A DNA stretch of 64,000 nucleotides from Eledone cirrhosa (GCA_964016885.1 OZ024744.1:95666001-95730000), one strand, 5' to 3'. Shown: positions 37,987 to 51,530, numbered from the stretch's first letter. The notes: generated by a model not told the origin, from the letters alone. Numbers and translations: made by a program.

Positions 37987-39490
37987 TATTATGTGAGGTA
38001 AAGCCTTTAACATGAAAATACAATAGTAAATATAGAGTAATGTGAATGTTATGTGAGATATTATGTGAGGTAAAGCCTTTAACATGAAAATACAATAGTA
38101 AATATAGAGTAATGTGAATGTTATGTGAGATATTATGTGAGGTAAAGCCTTTACCATGAAAATACAATAGTAAATATAGAGTAATGTGAATGTTATGTGA
38201 GATATTATGTGAGGTAAAGCCTTTAACATGAAAATACAATAGTAAATATAGAGTAATGTGAATGTTATGTGAGATATTATGTGAGGTAAAGCCTTTACCA
38301 TGAAAATACAATAGTAAATATAGAGTAATGTGAATGTTATGTGAGATATTATGTGAGGTAAAGCCTTTAACATGAAAATACAATAGTAAATATAGAGTAA
38401 TGTGAATGTTATGTGAGATATTATGTGAGGTAAAGCCTTTACCATGAAAATACAATAGTAAATATAGAGTAATGTGAATGTTATGTGAGATATTATGTGA
38501 GGTAAAGCCTTTAACATGAAAATACAATAGTAAATATAGAGTAATGTGAATGTTATGTGAGATATTATGTGAGGTAAAGCCTTTAACATGAAAATACAAT
38601 AGTAAATATAGAGTAATGTGAATGTTATGTGAGATATTATGTGAGGTAAAGCCTTTAACATGAAAATACAATAGTAAATATAGAGTAATGTGAATGTTAT
38701 GTGAGATATTATGTGAGGTAAAGACTTTACCATGAAAATACAATAGTAAATATAGAGTAATGTGAATGTTATGTGAGATATTATGTGAGGTAAAGCCTTT
38801 AACATGAAAATACAATAGTAAATATAGAGTAATGTGAATGTTATGTGAGATATTATGTGAGGTAAAGCCTTTAACATGAAAATACAATAGTAAATATAGA
38901 GTAATGTGAATGTTATGTGAGATATTATGTGAGGTAAAGCCTTTACCATGAAAATACAATAGTAAATATAGAGTAATGTGAATGTTATGTGAGATATTAT
39001 GTGAGGTAAAGCCTTTAACATGAAAATACAATAGTAAATATAGAGTAATGTGAATGTTATGTGAGATATTATGTGAGGTAAAGCCTTTAACATGAAAATA
39101 CAATAGTAAATATAGAGTAATGTGAATGTTATGTGAGATATTATGTGAGGTAAAGCCTTTAACATGAAAATACAATAGTAAATATAGAGTAATGTGAATG
39201 TTATGTGAGATATTATGTGAGGTAAAGCCTTTACCATGAAAATACAATAGTAAATATAGAGTAATGTGAATGTTATGTGAGATATTATGTGAGGTAAAGC
39301 CTTTAACATGAAAATACAATAGTAAATATAGAGTAATGTGAATGTTATGTGAGATATTATGTGAGGTAAAGCCTTTAACATGAAAATACAATAGTAAATA
39401 TAGAGTAATGTGAATGTTATGTGAGATATTATGTGAGGTAAAGCCTTTAACATGAAAATACAATAGTAAATATAGAGTAATGTGAATGCT
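37987..39490. repeat. 72-bp minisatellite, about 21 copies, inside a piggyBac-type MITE (37897-39500)
   Basis: Unit ATTATGTGAGGTAAAGCCTTTA(A/C)CATGAAAATACAATAGTAAATATAGAGTAATGTGAATGTTATGTGAGAT. The ORF track shows 24-aa periodicity. Confidence 0.97.
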
Positions 39491-41093
39491 AAATGGTTAA
39501 AGGAGAGAGGCAAGTTGATTACAACACTCCCAGTAGTTGACTGGTACTCCATTTTTTTTTTTTTTTACTTCGGCAGGATGAAAGTCTTCACATTTATTAT
39601 TACTATCAGATGAATAATTGTTTCTACTTTAGGCACAAGGCCAGCAATTACCCAGTACATTACTGGTACTTTATTTTATCGACCCCGTAAGGATGAAAGG
39701 CAAAGTTAACCTCAGCGAGATTTGAACTCAGAATGGCAAGGGCTGTAACTATTCTGGAAAGTATGGCGTCCGACCCTCTACCGATTACTGCCAATCCACC
39801 ACCCCTGGTTAGATATATTAGATAATGTAATATATCATGTGGAACAAGGCATTACTAGAACAAGGCATTACAAATCATTCATCCTTTAAAGGTCGATAAA
39901 AAATAGTACCACTAATGCATTTGGGGTAATTGCTGGTCTTGTGCCAAAAATAGAAACCATAGATCATCGTGTAATTTGTATTGAATATTTCATCATCCAT
40001 TATCTATTATCTATGTCAGTGAAGTCACTGGCCTAGATAATATACAATTCTAGTAACACCTTGTTCCACATGATATATTACATTATCTAATATATCTAAC
40101 CAGGGGCGGTGGATTGGCAGTAGCGGTAGCATTTATATTACTCTGTATATACTATCGTATTTTTACAAAAAAGGCTTTATCTCACATAATATTGAAGCTA
40201 TGAGATTTTGATATTATTTATTTGGCAGTATTGGTAAAATGTCGGATGCTATGTTTTGACGCATAGTTACGGCCCTTGCCATTCTGAGTTCAAATCCCGC
40301 CGAGGTTAGCTTTGCCTTTCATCCTTACGGGGTCGATAAAATAAAGTACCAGTAATGCACTGGGGTAATTGCTAACCTTGTGCCAAAAGTAGAAACAATT
40401 ATTATTATTGGCAAAATCGGTAGAGCGTCGGGCACCATGCTTTGCAGCATAGAGTTATGGCCATTTACGTTCTGAGTTCAAATCCCCGCGAGGTTAACTT
40501 TACCTTTCATCCTTACAGGGTCGATAAAATAAAGTACCAGTAATACACTGCAATAATTGATGGCCTTGTGCCAAAAGTATAAACAATTGTTCGTCGTGTA
40601 ATTTGTATTTAATATTTCATCATCCATGTCAGTGAGATCACTGACCTAGATAATATACAATGGATGATGAAATATTAAATACAAATTACACGATGATCTA
40701 TGGTTTCTATTTTTGGCACAAGGCCAGCAATTACCCCAATGCATTAGTGGTACTATTTTTTATCGACCTTTCAAGGATGAATGATTTGTAACTTTACGTT
40801 CATCAACTTGAGTGCTCAATACATACGGTGAGAAGACTGGTGGATCGGTGGTGATTTGTTGTACTAAGTGTGAACCTAATACCATTTGTAACTTGTACTC
40901 CTGGGTTGTTGTTTTTTATATTCCTATATATATATATATAATTGTTTCTACTTTTGGCACAAGGCCATCAATTATCGCAGTGTATTACTGGTACTTTATT
41001 TTATTGACCCCGTAAGGATGAAAGGCAAAGTCAACCTCGCGGGGATTTGAACTCAGACCACATTAATGAAGATGCTGATGTTACAAAAATCAT

Positions 41094-41094
<1 letters not shown>

Positions 41095-41124
<30 letters not shown>

Positions 41125-41455
41125 CCGGCTTACGTCCGTTCTTCCACGCTAGCATGGGTTAGACGGGTTGTCCTGTTGTGGGCAGTGTCTGTTCGGCTGA
41201 CCATGCCTTGCTCATACAGGAACTGATTTTGGCTTGATTTCTACAGCTGGATGCCCTTCCTAACACCAACCTCATTTACAGTGGAATGATAGGGACTGGG
41301 GTCCCTATCATCTCATTTCTACAGCTGAGTAAACTGGAACAATGTGAAATGAAGTGTCTTACTCAAGGAAACAACACATCACCCGGTCTGAGAATTGAAC
41401 TCACAACCTTTCGATTGCAAGGCTAATGCTCTAACCACTAAGCCATGTGCCTCCA
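41095..41455 (-). mobile_element. tRNA-derived SINE (same head as 32878)
   Basis: Reverse complement of head, body and (GAT)n tail. Confidence 0.85.
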
Positions 41456-41467
41456 TATATATATATA

Positions 41468-42180
41468 TCATCATCATTATCATTTTACATCCACTTTTCC
41501 CTGCTTGCAAGGGTGGGACGGGTCCTATTCAGCACAGCATCTCTCAACTTGTCACGGTCCTTCGTCATCTCCACCGCCCATGTTTTTCAGGGTCTTCCTC
41601 TACTGCGTCTTCCTTCAACTTCTTCACCCATCGGTCATCCTCCATGCGCATCACATGTCCATACCACCTCAGTCTCCTATCCCGTACACTACATTCTATC
41701 CCTCTCAGACACAGTTTCTCTCTCAACACATTCATGCTGGGGCGTTCACGCACATTTACACTGCACATCCAACGGAGCATACTTGCTTCATTTCTCTCCA
41801 ACTGTCGCATATCCTCTGCAGTTGCTGCCCATGTCTCAGTACCATGCAGCATCGCGCTCCTCATACAGGCATCATATAACCGGCCTTTCGTACGCAGAGA
41901 GAAACCCTTCTGCACCAGCAGAGGGAGCAGCTCCCTAAACTTCTTCCAACCCGTCCTTATTCTAGATACTATGGCCTCAGAGCCCGCCCCTCCCATGCTA
42001 ATCTGATCTCCTAGGTACCGGAAGCTATCCACCACTTCTATAGCACCCGCCTGCATTTGAAAAAATATGTCTATCAATGCGACTTCTACTGTCTAATTTC
42101 CCTGTACATCTACTGCATACGTATTTCTCCCTACCTGTTAGTTTGCCTGTTATCCCGCTACATCTCTTGTGTACCCAAGA
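41468..42180 (-). mobile_element. RTE LINE 3' fragment, subfamily B
   Basis: SFRYLGDQI...GWKKFRELLPLL...LRWYGHVMRM. Confidence 0.9.
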
Positions 42181-43696
42181 TCTGCCGTGGCACCTTCACG
42201 ACCACCTTGCAGTGGGGGCATATTGTCTATATGCTTCAGCTTGTACCCATGGGAGGTCGGGTACTCTGTATTACTGCGTGACGCCAGAGGTCACGGTCGT
42301 GTGTCATTGCCTTTGAGAGGTATAATTGGGTAAGGTCGGCTTTTATCACCTCATCCCAGGTCTCCCCACTCCGCGGTTTCCATCGACTTCTAGTGCTCTG
42401 CACCTTTTTATGCAGCTGTCATCCTTCATACGCATCACATGTCCATACCAACGCAACCGCCTTTGATTCACAGCATTTGATTCCTCTTATGCTCAGTCTC
42501 TCTCTCAATTCATTTATGCTTTGTCGTTCACATATATTACTATTACACATCCATCGGAGCATGCAGGCTTCGTTTCTTTCTAATCTATGTAAGTCTTCCA
42601 CCTTCAGCGCCCAGGTCTCACTACCATGTAACATTGCTGTTCGTATGCACGCATCATACAGTCTGCCTTTCATTTTGAGGGAGAAGCCTAGCAGTGGCAA
42701 TAGCTCCCTGAACTTCTGCCATCCCATTCTTACTCTGGTTACAATACTTTCCAAACACCCACCTCTGCTGCTAATTCAGTCACCTAGGTAGCAAAAGCTG
42801 TCTACTGTTTCTACAGAGCCCTCCCAGAGATTGGTGGTACTTGTTTCCTGTGGCCGTTTGCTGCTTGCTGTCCCAGCACAGCTGCTGCATGTGAAGCCTA
42901 CATTCTTAATTAAGCTTCCTGAGATCCCGCTACATCTCTTGTGTACCCATTGTTTGCATTTGGGGCAGAGAATGGAGTTCCTAGCTACACCTTTCCTACA
43001 TACTGAGCAAGGCCATTTCTCTGAGGGGATCTGGGTTCTGTTTTCTCGTCTACTTACAAGGACCTTAGTCTTTGTCATGTTGACTTTGAGACCCTTTCTT
43101 TCTAGTCCCTGCTTCCAAGTTTGGAATTTCTTCTCTAGTTCTACCATAGATTCAGCTATAAGTGCGAGGTCATCAGCATACAGGAGTTCCCATGGGCATC
43201 CGGTCTTAAACTCCTCCTTTATTGCCTGCAGGACTATGAGGGGGCTAAGAACAGAGCCCTGGTGGACCCCAACCTGTACGCTAAATTCCTCGCTATACTC
43301 ATTGTTAAACCTAACTTTGCTGACTGCTCCCCTATACATGGCTTGTACCGCTTTCACAAGCCCTTCATCTACTCCTAGTTTTCTAAGAGCCCACCAGATT
43401 ACAGCACGTGGAACTCTGTCAAAGGCTTTCTCAAGATCGACAAATGCCAGATAGAGTGGCTTACTTAGAGTAAGCTAGGTACTTTTCATGTAACTGCCTG
43501 ACAAGGAAGAAGGCATCAGTGGTGCCTCTTCCTGGTACAAACCCAAATTGCATCTCGTCTAGTTTCACCTGGTCCCTAATCAACTGTCCTATAACTCTTT
43601 CTGTTACTTTCATGACCTGGTCCATCAGCTTTATATCTCTAAAGTTTCCTCTATCTAGTGCATCACCTTTACCTTTGTAGCAGTTGACAATGATGA
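42181..43696 (-). mobile_element. 5'-truncated, decayed RTE LINE
   Basis: NCYKGKGDALD, QFGFVPGRGTTDA, GVHQGSVLSP, YADD, WVHKRCSG. Confidence 0.92.
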
Positions 43697-44079
43697 GGTT
43701 ATACAACATAGGGGAGTTAAATGATCCAGTGTTAATAAGATTGTCATTGAGCAAATGATGGATAATAATAATTGTTTCTACTTTTGGCACAAGGCCAGCA
43801 ATTACCCCAGTGCATCACTGGTACTTTATTTTATTGAACCCCGTAAGGATGAAAGGCAAAGATAACTCGACGGGATTTGAACTCAGAACGTAAAGGGCAA
43901 TAACTATACTGCAAAGCATAGTGTCTGACGCTCTACCGATTACTGTCAATCCACCGCCATGAAGGATAATAATAATGATGGTCTCTAATTTAACCCTTTA
44001 ACCGGCTGTAACTGGTCACTCAAACTGATGTTAAGGTATTGTTCTCAAAATAAATTCTTTCAAAATCTCATAGATTCGA

Positions 44080-44575
44080 TATTATGTGAGGTAAAGCCTT
44101 TAACATGAAAATACAATAGTAAATATAGAGTAATGTGAATGTTATGTGAGATTTTATGTGAGGTAAAGCCTTTAACATGAAAATACAATAGTAAATATAG
44201 AGTAATGTGAATGTTATGTGAGATATTATGTGAGGTAAAGCCTTTACCATGAAAATACAATAGTAAATATAGAGTAATGTGAATGTTATGTGAGATATTA
44301 TGTGAGGTAAAGCCTTTAACATAAAAATACAATAGTAAATATAGAGTAATGTGAATGTTATGTGAGATATTATGTGAGGTAAAGCCTTTAACATGAAAAT
44401 ACAATAGTAAATATAGAGTAATGTGAATGTTATGTGAGATATTATGTGAGGTAAAGCCTTTAACATGAAAATACAATAGTAAATATAGAGTAATGTGAAT
44501 GTTATGTGAGATATTATGTGAGGTAAAGCCTTTACCATGAAAATACAATAGTAAATATAGAGTAATGTGAATGCT
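44080..44575. repeat. Second 72-bp array, about 7 copies, in a MITE (43990-44585)
   Basis: Same unit and same flanks as 37987-39490. Confidence 0.96.
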
Positions 44576-45539
44576 AAATGGTTAAAGGAGAGAGGCAAGT
44601 TGATTACAACACTCCCAGTAGTTGACTGGTACTCCATTTTTTTTTTTTTACCTCGGCAGGATGAAAGTCTTCACATTTATTATTACTATCAGATGAATAA
44701 TTGTTTCTACTTTAGGCACAAGGCCAGCAATTACCCAGTACATTACTGGTACTTTATTTTATCGACCCCGTAAGGATGAAAGGCAAAGTTAACCTCGGCG
44801 GGATTTGAACTCAGAATGGCAAGGGCTGTAACTCTTTGCGTCAAAGTATGGCGTCCGATTAATAATGTTTTCTTTATTAACCACAAGGGTTCACATAAAG
44901 TAGACATTAAGGACAGTACAGGACAATACAGGACGGTACAAATGGGCATTTCTGCGTGTAAAAAACATTTTTAATTGTGTTTTGTTTAGTATACACTCTA
45001 ATTCCTGTTATAAATTTTCTCTCTCACTCACCTATTGAATTGTACACGTTGTGAAATAGACTGGTTTACACACGTGGTTGGTTGAAATATCTAGAATTCA
45101 GACTCTAACCAGCGTGCTAACTCTATATCGCTGTCTAATCACCTGTTGGCATTTAATGTCCAGAAAGGTTTTAGGCACTACCGTTGTTCATGTTGCACTA
45201 TTTCTCGCCATGGGACTTGGAGACTAGAGCAGAATGCTACCATTCTATTGTACAGTGATTGGAGAATGAATTTTTCTAATAACCAATTTTTCACTAACTT
45301 GTTAATTTGTGTTTGAGATACATTGGCTGAGTGCTTATGGCGGGAATGGGAGCTATTTGAATTTCTTCTCCTGTCATTACGTAAATTTCTAAATCGGTAG
45401 CCAATCAGGAGATGGCATTGTGATGATGCGTAGAGATTCCAGTTGCTAACGTTTTACTGTGTTAGCCGTCACATACAGTCATAGCCGGCACGGACAGGAG
45501 TCGAATTCTGTCGATCAATTGGTTATTGATTAGGCGAAA

Positions 45540-45650
45540 CCCGCTGATTAAGCCACATGCGCTGATTGTGCATTGTTGCATAATATATGCAGACAGAGGG
45601 TACTGTGCACTCTATTGCTGCATTAAGTGTGGCCGAAACTCGAGTTCGGG
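45540..45650 (+). ncRNA. Degenerate hammerhead fold with long stem II
   Basis: CCCG-CTGATTA-A-GCCACAT...GTGTGGC-C-GAAA-CTCGAG (palindrome)-TT-CGGG. Core G8 is replaced by T. Confidence 0.55.
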
Positions 45651-47132
45651 AATAACTGAAGGTACCCATTTACGTGTGTTGTACTGAAGCGAATAACTGT
45701 GTACTCTGGGAGTTTATTTAACATTACCTATTGAGTACGCTGAGATGGTCCTAGCAGTGAAACCCATGCTAGTTCCATCAACTTATTACTATACATATAT
45801 AATCCCAGTAGAAGGAAGACGCAGTTGAGGAAGACCACGAAAAACATGGGTGGAGGTGATGAGAGCAGACCTCAGATCGCTGAAGCTCACATAGGAGATG
45901 GCAAAGGACCGTGATGAATGGAGAGATGCCGTGCTTAATAAGACCCGTCCCACCCTTGCAAGCAGGGTAAAGCGGATGTAAAATGATGATGATGATGATA
46001 TATATCTTTCGATAAGGTCCAGGTTCGTATTTAACCTGCTTGTATTTTTGTTGTTGTAGTGGCTTCTGTAGCTTTCTCCCTTTAACCACAGTCTTTAATT
46101 TGTCACACCTTTAACATATGTTTATTACTCTGAGATATAACTTATTCTTATTGAGTGCTTTGTGCAAAGCTTCTGAACATTGTTTCTTCAAGGGATGCTG
46201 GCCAATCGTTGCAACTTCTATTTTACTCACTTTCATTCTTTATATATATAGGGTTTGTTACAAGCTACAGTAAGAAAAGATAAATTAATTTTCATTATCA
46301 TCCTATTTCTCTCACATAGTGTTTTGGACAAAATGCCTTGCAGTATTTGTTCTGGCTCTTTACATTCTGAGTTCAAACCCAGCCAATGCTAACTTTGCCT
46401 TTCACCCTTCTGTCCTTGAGCCTCTATTAGAAATCCTTGTTTTTTTTTTTTTTAATTAGTTTAAGGCTTTTGATATCATTTTATTCTGGCACCATCACTA
46501 CAGAGGTTGTTATGACCTTGATGGGATATGACTGAAAAATCCTTCAAACACATTTTGGCATAGTGTCTGTGGCTGGATGTCCTTTCCATGCCAACTGCTT
46601 TACAGCATTTACTGGTTGTATATTATACCACCAGCGCTGGGGTGGTCGTTCGGAAAAACGTGAAATGAAGCGTCTTACTTAAGAACACAAAGCACTGCTC
46701 AGTTCAAGAATCAAACTTTTGTTTATTTGATCAAGAGTCCAACCCATGCTAGCATGGAGGATTGACTTTAAGCGATGGTGATGATGATGACTTCTACAAT
46801 GCTTGTTTGGAATATGTGCGTGTATATACACACACACACACACATCTTGTAGGCACCTCTTAACCACTATACTCCCTCCCACTCCAGCTCACACCACCCT
46901 TGCCCTCTAAAGTTCTGTTGGCATCACAACAAAAAGGCACCCAGCACACAATGTAAATGAGGTTGGCGTTAGGAAGGGCATCCAGCTGTAGAAATCTTTG
47001 CCAGAAACAGTTCTGTATGAGCAAGATATGGTCACCTGACCCAACTTGCCTCAAATGGGACAACCTGTCTAACCCATGTTAGTGTGGAAGGTGGAAGTTA
47101 AACGATGACGAGGATGATGATGATGATGATGA

Positions 47133-47169
<37 letters not shown>

Positions 47170-47904
47170 TATAGGGCTTTAAAGGTTGCAGAAGGCTCCA
47201 AAAGAAGATGTAGGATGAAAAAATAAAGGCGGACGACCTGACTCAACTAAATCTCCCAATGAGGATGACACAGGAACAAGTCCTCTGGCGTTACAACATT
47301 CAACAAAAGACCCGTGTTGACAACTCAACTCTGAACTTGGCTCAAAACAGCACCACCCAACAAACACGGCCCCGATGGCAGGCCCACGAGAGATTCATCG
47401 CAGTCATCCAGTGCAAGGCTCCAAAAGTATGATTCTGCTGTGTGAAGGCTTCGGCGCAGCCAACAGGCCCGTCCCTCCTCATAGCGGGCTCCTGGACTGT
47501 GGTTTCACAGTGAGATTGTTTCGGTGCAGCTAGCTGGACTGTCCCTCCTTCACAGCAGTGCCATCCAGTATTGGGCTCCCCAAAACTATGGCTACACAGT
47601 GAGATGGGTTAGGCTCTTCATTTTGGTGCCATCCAGCACCGGGTTCTAAAACTATGGTTTTGCTGTGATGGGTTCTGTATGGCCAACATGCCTGTCCGTC
47701 CTCATAACGGTGCCATCCAGTTCCACAGTAAACGTGATTGGTGGTAGGAAGGGCAACTGGCTGTAAAATCCCCTACCAAATTTACAATCCTTGTCGGAGC
47801 AACATATGGTGTGGCCAGACTCGTCTCTCAATGTAGACAACCCATTTAACCCATGCAAACATGGAAAAATGGATGCTATATATAACAATATGTATATAAC
47901 TATA

Positions 47905-50510
47905 TCTTCTTCTTCGCCCACTTATTCATCAGAGGAACATGAGGTCAGAATCTTCAAAAACTCCTTCCAGCGGGTCTTGTCAGAAGCAACTGTCTCCAAC
48001 TGGATCCCCAAGCGAGACCAGCTAAGCTCATGGATGTCATCTAGCCATCTTGCTCGGAGTCTACCGCTGGGTTTTATGCCAGTTCGTTTTGCCCTTAAAA
48101 TCTGTCCAGAGATCCCCCCCCCCCCCCCGAGACATTTTAATCACATGCTCATAGTATGAGAACTGCGATCTCTCAATTCGGAGAAGTAGCGGCTCTACCT
48201 GGAGTGTCTCTCTGATCTCCAAGCTACACACTTCATCGAGTAACATTACTCCAACACCCATTGGAGGAATCCCATTTCGACCGCTTGTATTCACAATCAT
48301 ATTCTTTCAGACATTACCCAAGGTTCATGACCATAGGTAAGGGTTGGCATGAAAACCAAATTGAAGATAGTGATTTTGGCTTTTACACCTACCTCCCTTC
48401 TTATTACTGAATGCTGGCACATTACTGCACCAACTTTTGCAATTCTTGCACTTAATTCAGCCTCCTGCCTTCCATCACTCGTGAACATGGCTTCGAGATA
48501 CTTAAACTTCTCTACCTGCTTCAGTGGAACTCCATTCACATGGAGAGTTCAATTCACAGGCTTCCTTGAGAGGATGAGTGTCTCAGTTTTCACAGCAGTG
48601 ATTTTCATTCCAGCTATGCAGCACTCGGAATCAAACCTATCAAGTGAAAGTTGAAGATCATCTTCTGTTGAGTCGAGTAACACCATGTCGTCTGCAAATT
48701 CCAGCTGACTGATTTTACACCTGCCAGTCATGATACCACTTCCAACCGGGCTGCACATGTCAACCCTGGTCATATAAATAATGAACAGGAGAGGTGACAG
48801 TATACACCCTTGGTGAAGTCTGTAATTGGATTATCACTCCCGATTGCCATTGCTTAGGTGCCCTTAGGTACCCGGCACACATGTGTCAGCCAGAGGATTC
48901 CTTCTCTATTTAAGGCTTTTAACATCTCAGATTAGATTTCATCTTCCTCAGCAGCCTTGACACATTTGAGTTCTTTAACTGCTCTTGTGACCTCAGCCTC
49001 TGAGAGATTAGTCACCACTTCCAGATGCACCTCATGTACATCAGAAGATGCTGATGTAATCAGGTTTAGGAGGTCAGTAAAGTCTCGCGAGGGTGTACTT
49101 CTATGAAGAACACATCTGGGAGAACCCCAGATGTGTTCTTGATAGCATGTGTGGAGGAGGGCTTCTTCACTTTAGTGGCTGATCTGAAGTCAGATTCCAG
49201 CTTTATCCCAATGTCCTCCCATGTTTTAAATTTAAAATGTCTTTATTGTCTCTGCTGTGATATTTCGTGCCTACTTGACTGCAACTGAAAGAAGGAGGAC
49301 TTATTTCAAAGCCAAGGTTTGTAGACCTCCTTTGCTGGGATGGCATTTTTGACTTCTTGATTGAACCAATGTGTCCTCCTGCCACCAGGTGTCACATCAA
49401 GCCTCTTTCACTTGCACCATTTAACAGCTGAAGGAGAAACTTCTGAGCTGAACAATCTCCACTCCGTCTCAACATCCTCAGTTTGCTCAGGGAGTTCTCT
49501 GAATTCGGATGCAATAGCATCTACACACCTGGTCCTGACTTCCTTATTCACCAAAGCTTCTCACTTTGTCCTGTAGGTCACTCTGGACCTGCCAGTTTTG
49601 TGCGCTTCTTTGGCTTTAGGTAGTCTCAAGTTGCAGATAACTAGATGGTGATCAGTTGACAGCTCAGCCCCTTTCTTAACACAAACATCCAGTACAGAAT
49701 CAAAGAAATCAGAGACAATTACAAAATCAATTATTGATTTCTGTTCCTGTTTCCCCTTATACCATGTATATTTATGGATGTCTCTGAGCTGGAAGATGTT
49801 CATAATAGAGTCCATTGCTAGAACAGAAATCTAGCAAGGCCTCACCATTTGTAATTAGATCACTCCTTTCCATGTCAGCTGGTCAGTTCCAACATGTGTA
49901 TTGAAGTCTCCCATCAGGACATATGACTCAGTCTTAACTACATTTAATGCTGCAATGACTTCATCAAAGAAAGATCTGTATTTGGACTCCTTGATTGGTG
50001 CATAAACTTGCACCACCCACAGGGACCTATCTTTCAGCCTAAGCTTCAAGAGGCAAATCCTCTCTCATAAAGGGATCCAGTCCATAACACATTCTGACAG
50101 GGGGCTGGTGAGTATCCCCACTCCCGCCTGTGTAGTCATTTCTGGTGCCACACCTGAATAGTGGAGTTTCTATCCTCCATCCAAATCTACAGTGCCAGAG
50201 TCATGGAACTTTGTTGAGGAAACCTGGACTATATCTAGCTGGTAGCATCTAACTTTCTCCACTAGTTCCTGCTCCTTACCTGTAAGGGTTGTGATGTTCC
50301 AGGTTCCAACTGTTAAAGTTTGCTCCCTTCTGTACCCTCTTTGGGGTCTCGGGATACGCAACCTGTGTGCGTCCATCCCACACCAAACCCCCAAGACAGG
50401 TCGCAGGTCCATCGCTAATTTTTGCGGAATGAAATGGAGGCTGCAATATATTTTTCAAACAGGCCCCACTATCTAAGGCCTGCACGTTAACCCATGCAAA
50501 GGATGGTGCA
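47905..50510 (-). mobile_element. Decayed RTE LINE of Rex3/Expander-like type; related fragment at about 60915-61345
   Basis: GTWNITTLTGKEQELVE, MGDFNTHVG, AELSTDHHLV, EFADDMVLL, LTYGHEPWVM, VEPLLLRIERSQ, and a (GAA)n tail. Confidence 0.85.
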
Positions 50511-50718
50511 GTATGGTTTTTCTTTCTTTTCCTCATCATATTGCAGTTTCAGTTTTGGTGGTTTTATTTGCATCAGTCACCAATCTGGTATTTTGTCAAA
50601 CTATATACATAACATATTAAACTTAAGCAGAAAAAAACCCCTCAATTTAGGGGAGTGTAAGCCAGATAGACTAAAATAAGTTAGTCTCACTCATGTAAAT
50701 ATCTCCTGACCTATTAAT

Positions 50719-51530
50719 ATTGATTAGAAAAGGAACTGGCATAAATTCTATAAAATGCACACAATGCAGATCTTGGGTACACAAGAGATGTAGCGGGATA
50801 GCAGGCAAACTAACAGGTAGGGAGAAATATGTATGCAGTAGATGTACAGGGAAATTAAACAGTAGAAATCGCAATGATAGACACATTTTTTCAAATGCAG
50901 GCGGGTGCTATAGAAGTGGTGGATAGCTTCTGGTACCTAGGAGATCAGATTAGCATGGGAGGGGGTGTTCTGAGGCCATAGTATCTAGAATAAGGACGGG
51001 TTGGAAGAAGTTTCGAGAGCTGCTTCCTCTGCTGATGAAGAAGGGTTTCTCCCTGCGTACGAAAGGCCGGTTGTATGATGCCTGTGTGAGGAGTGCGATG
51101 CTGCATGGTAGTGAGACATAGGCAGTAACTGCAGAGGATATGCACGGCTGGAGAGAAATGAGGCAAGCATGCTCCGTTGGATGTGCAATATCAATGTGCG
51201 TGAACGACCCAGCATGAATGTGTTGAGAGAGAAACTGGGTCTGAGAAGGATAGAATGTAGGAGAGTGCGGTGGTATGGACATGTGATGCGCATGGAGGAT
51301 GACCAATGGTTGAAGAAGTGCCAGGAAATGCCAGTTGAAGGAAGACGTGGTAGAGGTAGACCACAAAAAACATGGGCGGAGGTGGTGAGAACAGACCTCA
51401 GATCATTGAAGCTCACATTGGAGATGACAAAGGACCGTGACGAGTGGAGAGATGCTGTGCTGAATAAGACCCGTCCCACCCTTGCAAGCAGAGAAAAGCG
51501 GACGTAAAATGATGATGATGATGATGATGA
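50719..51530 (+). mobile_element. RTE LINE 3' fragment, subfamily B
   Basis: Inverted homologue of 41468-42180, ending KTRPTLASREKRT* plus (GAT)n. Confidence 0.92.

Noticed and set aside
37967-39552. 498- and 525-aa repetitive ORFs
   Set aside because: These are translations of the 72-bp MITE-derived satellite in two frames, with no coding signature.
47915-47945. CTGATGA on the minus strand
   Set aside because: No stem II or GAAA follows. It is the 3' end of the Rex3-like LINE.
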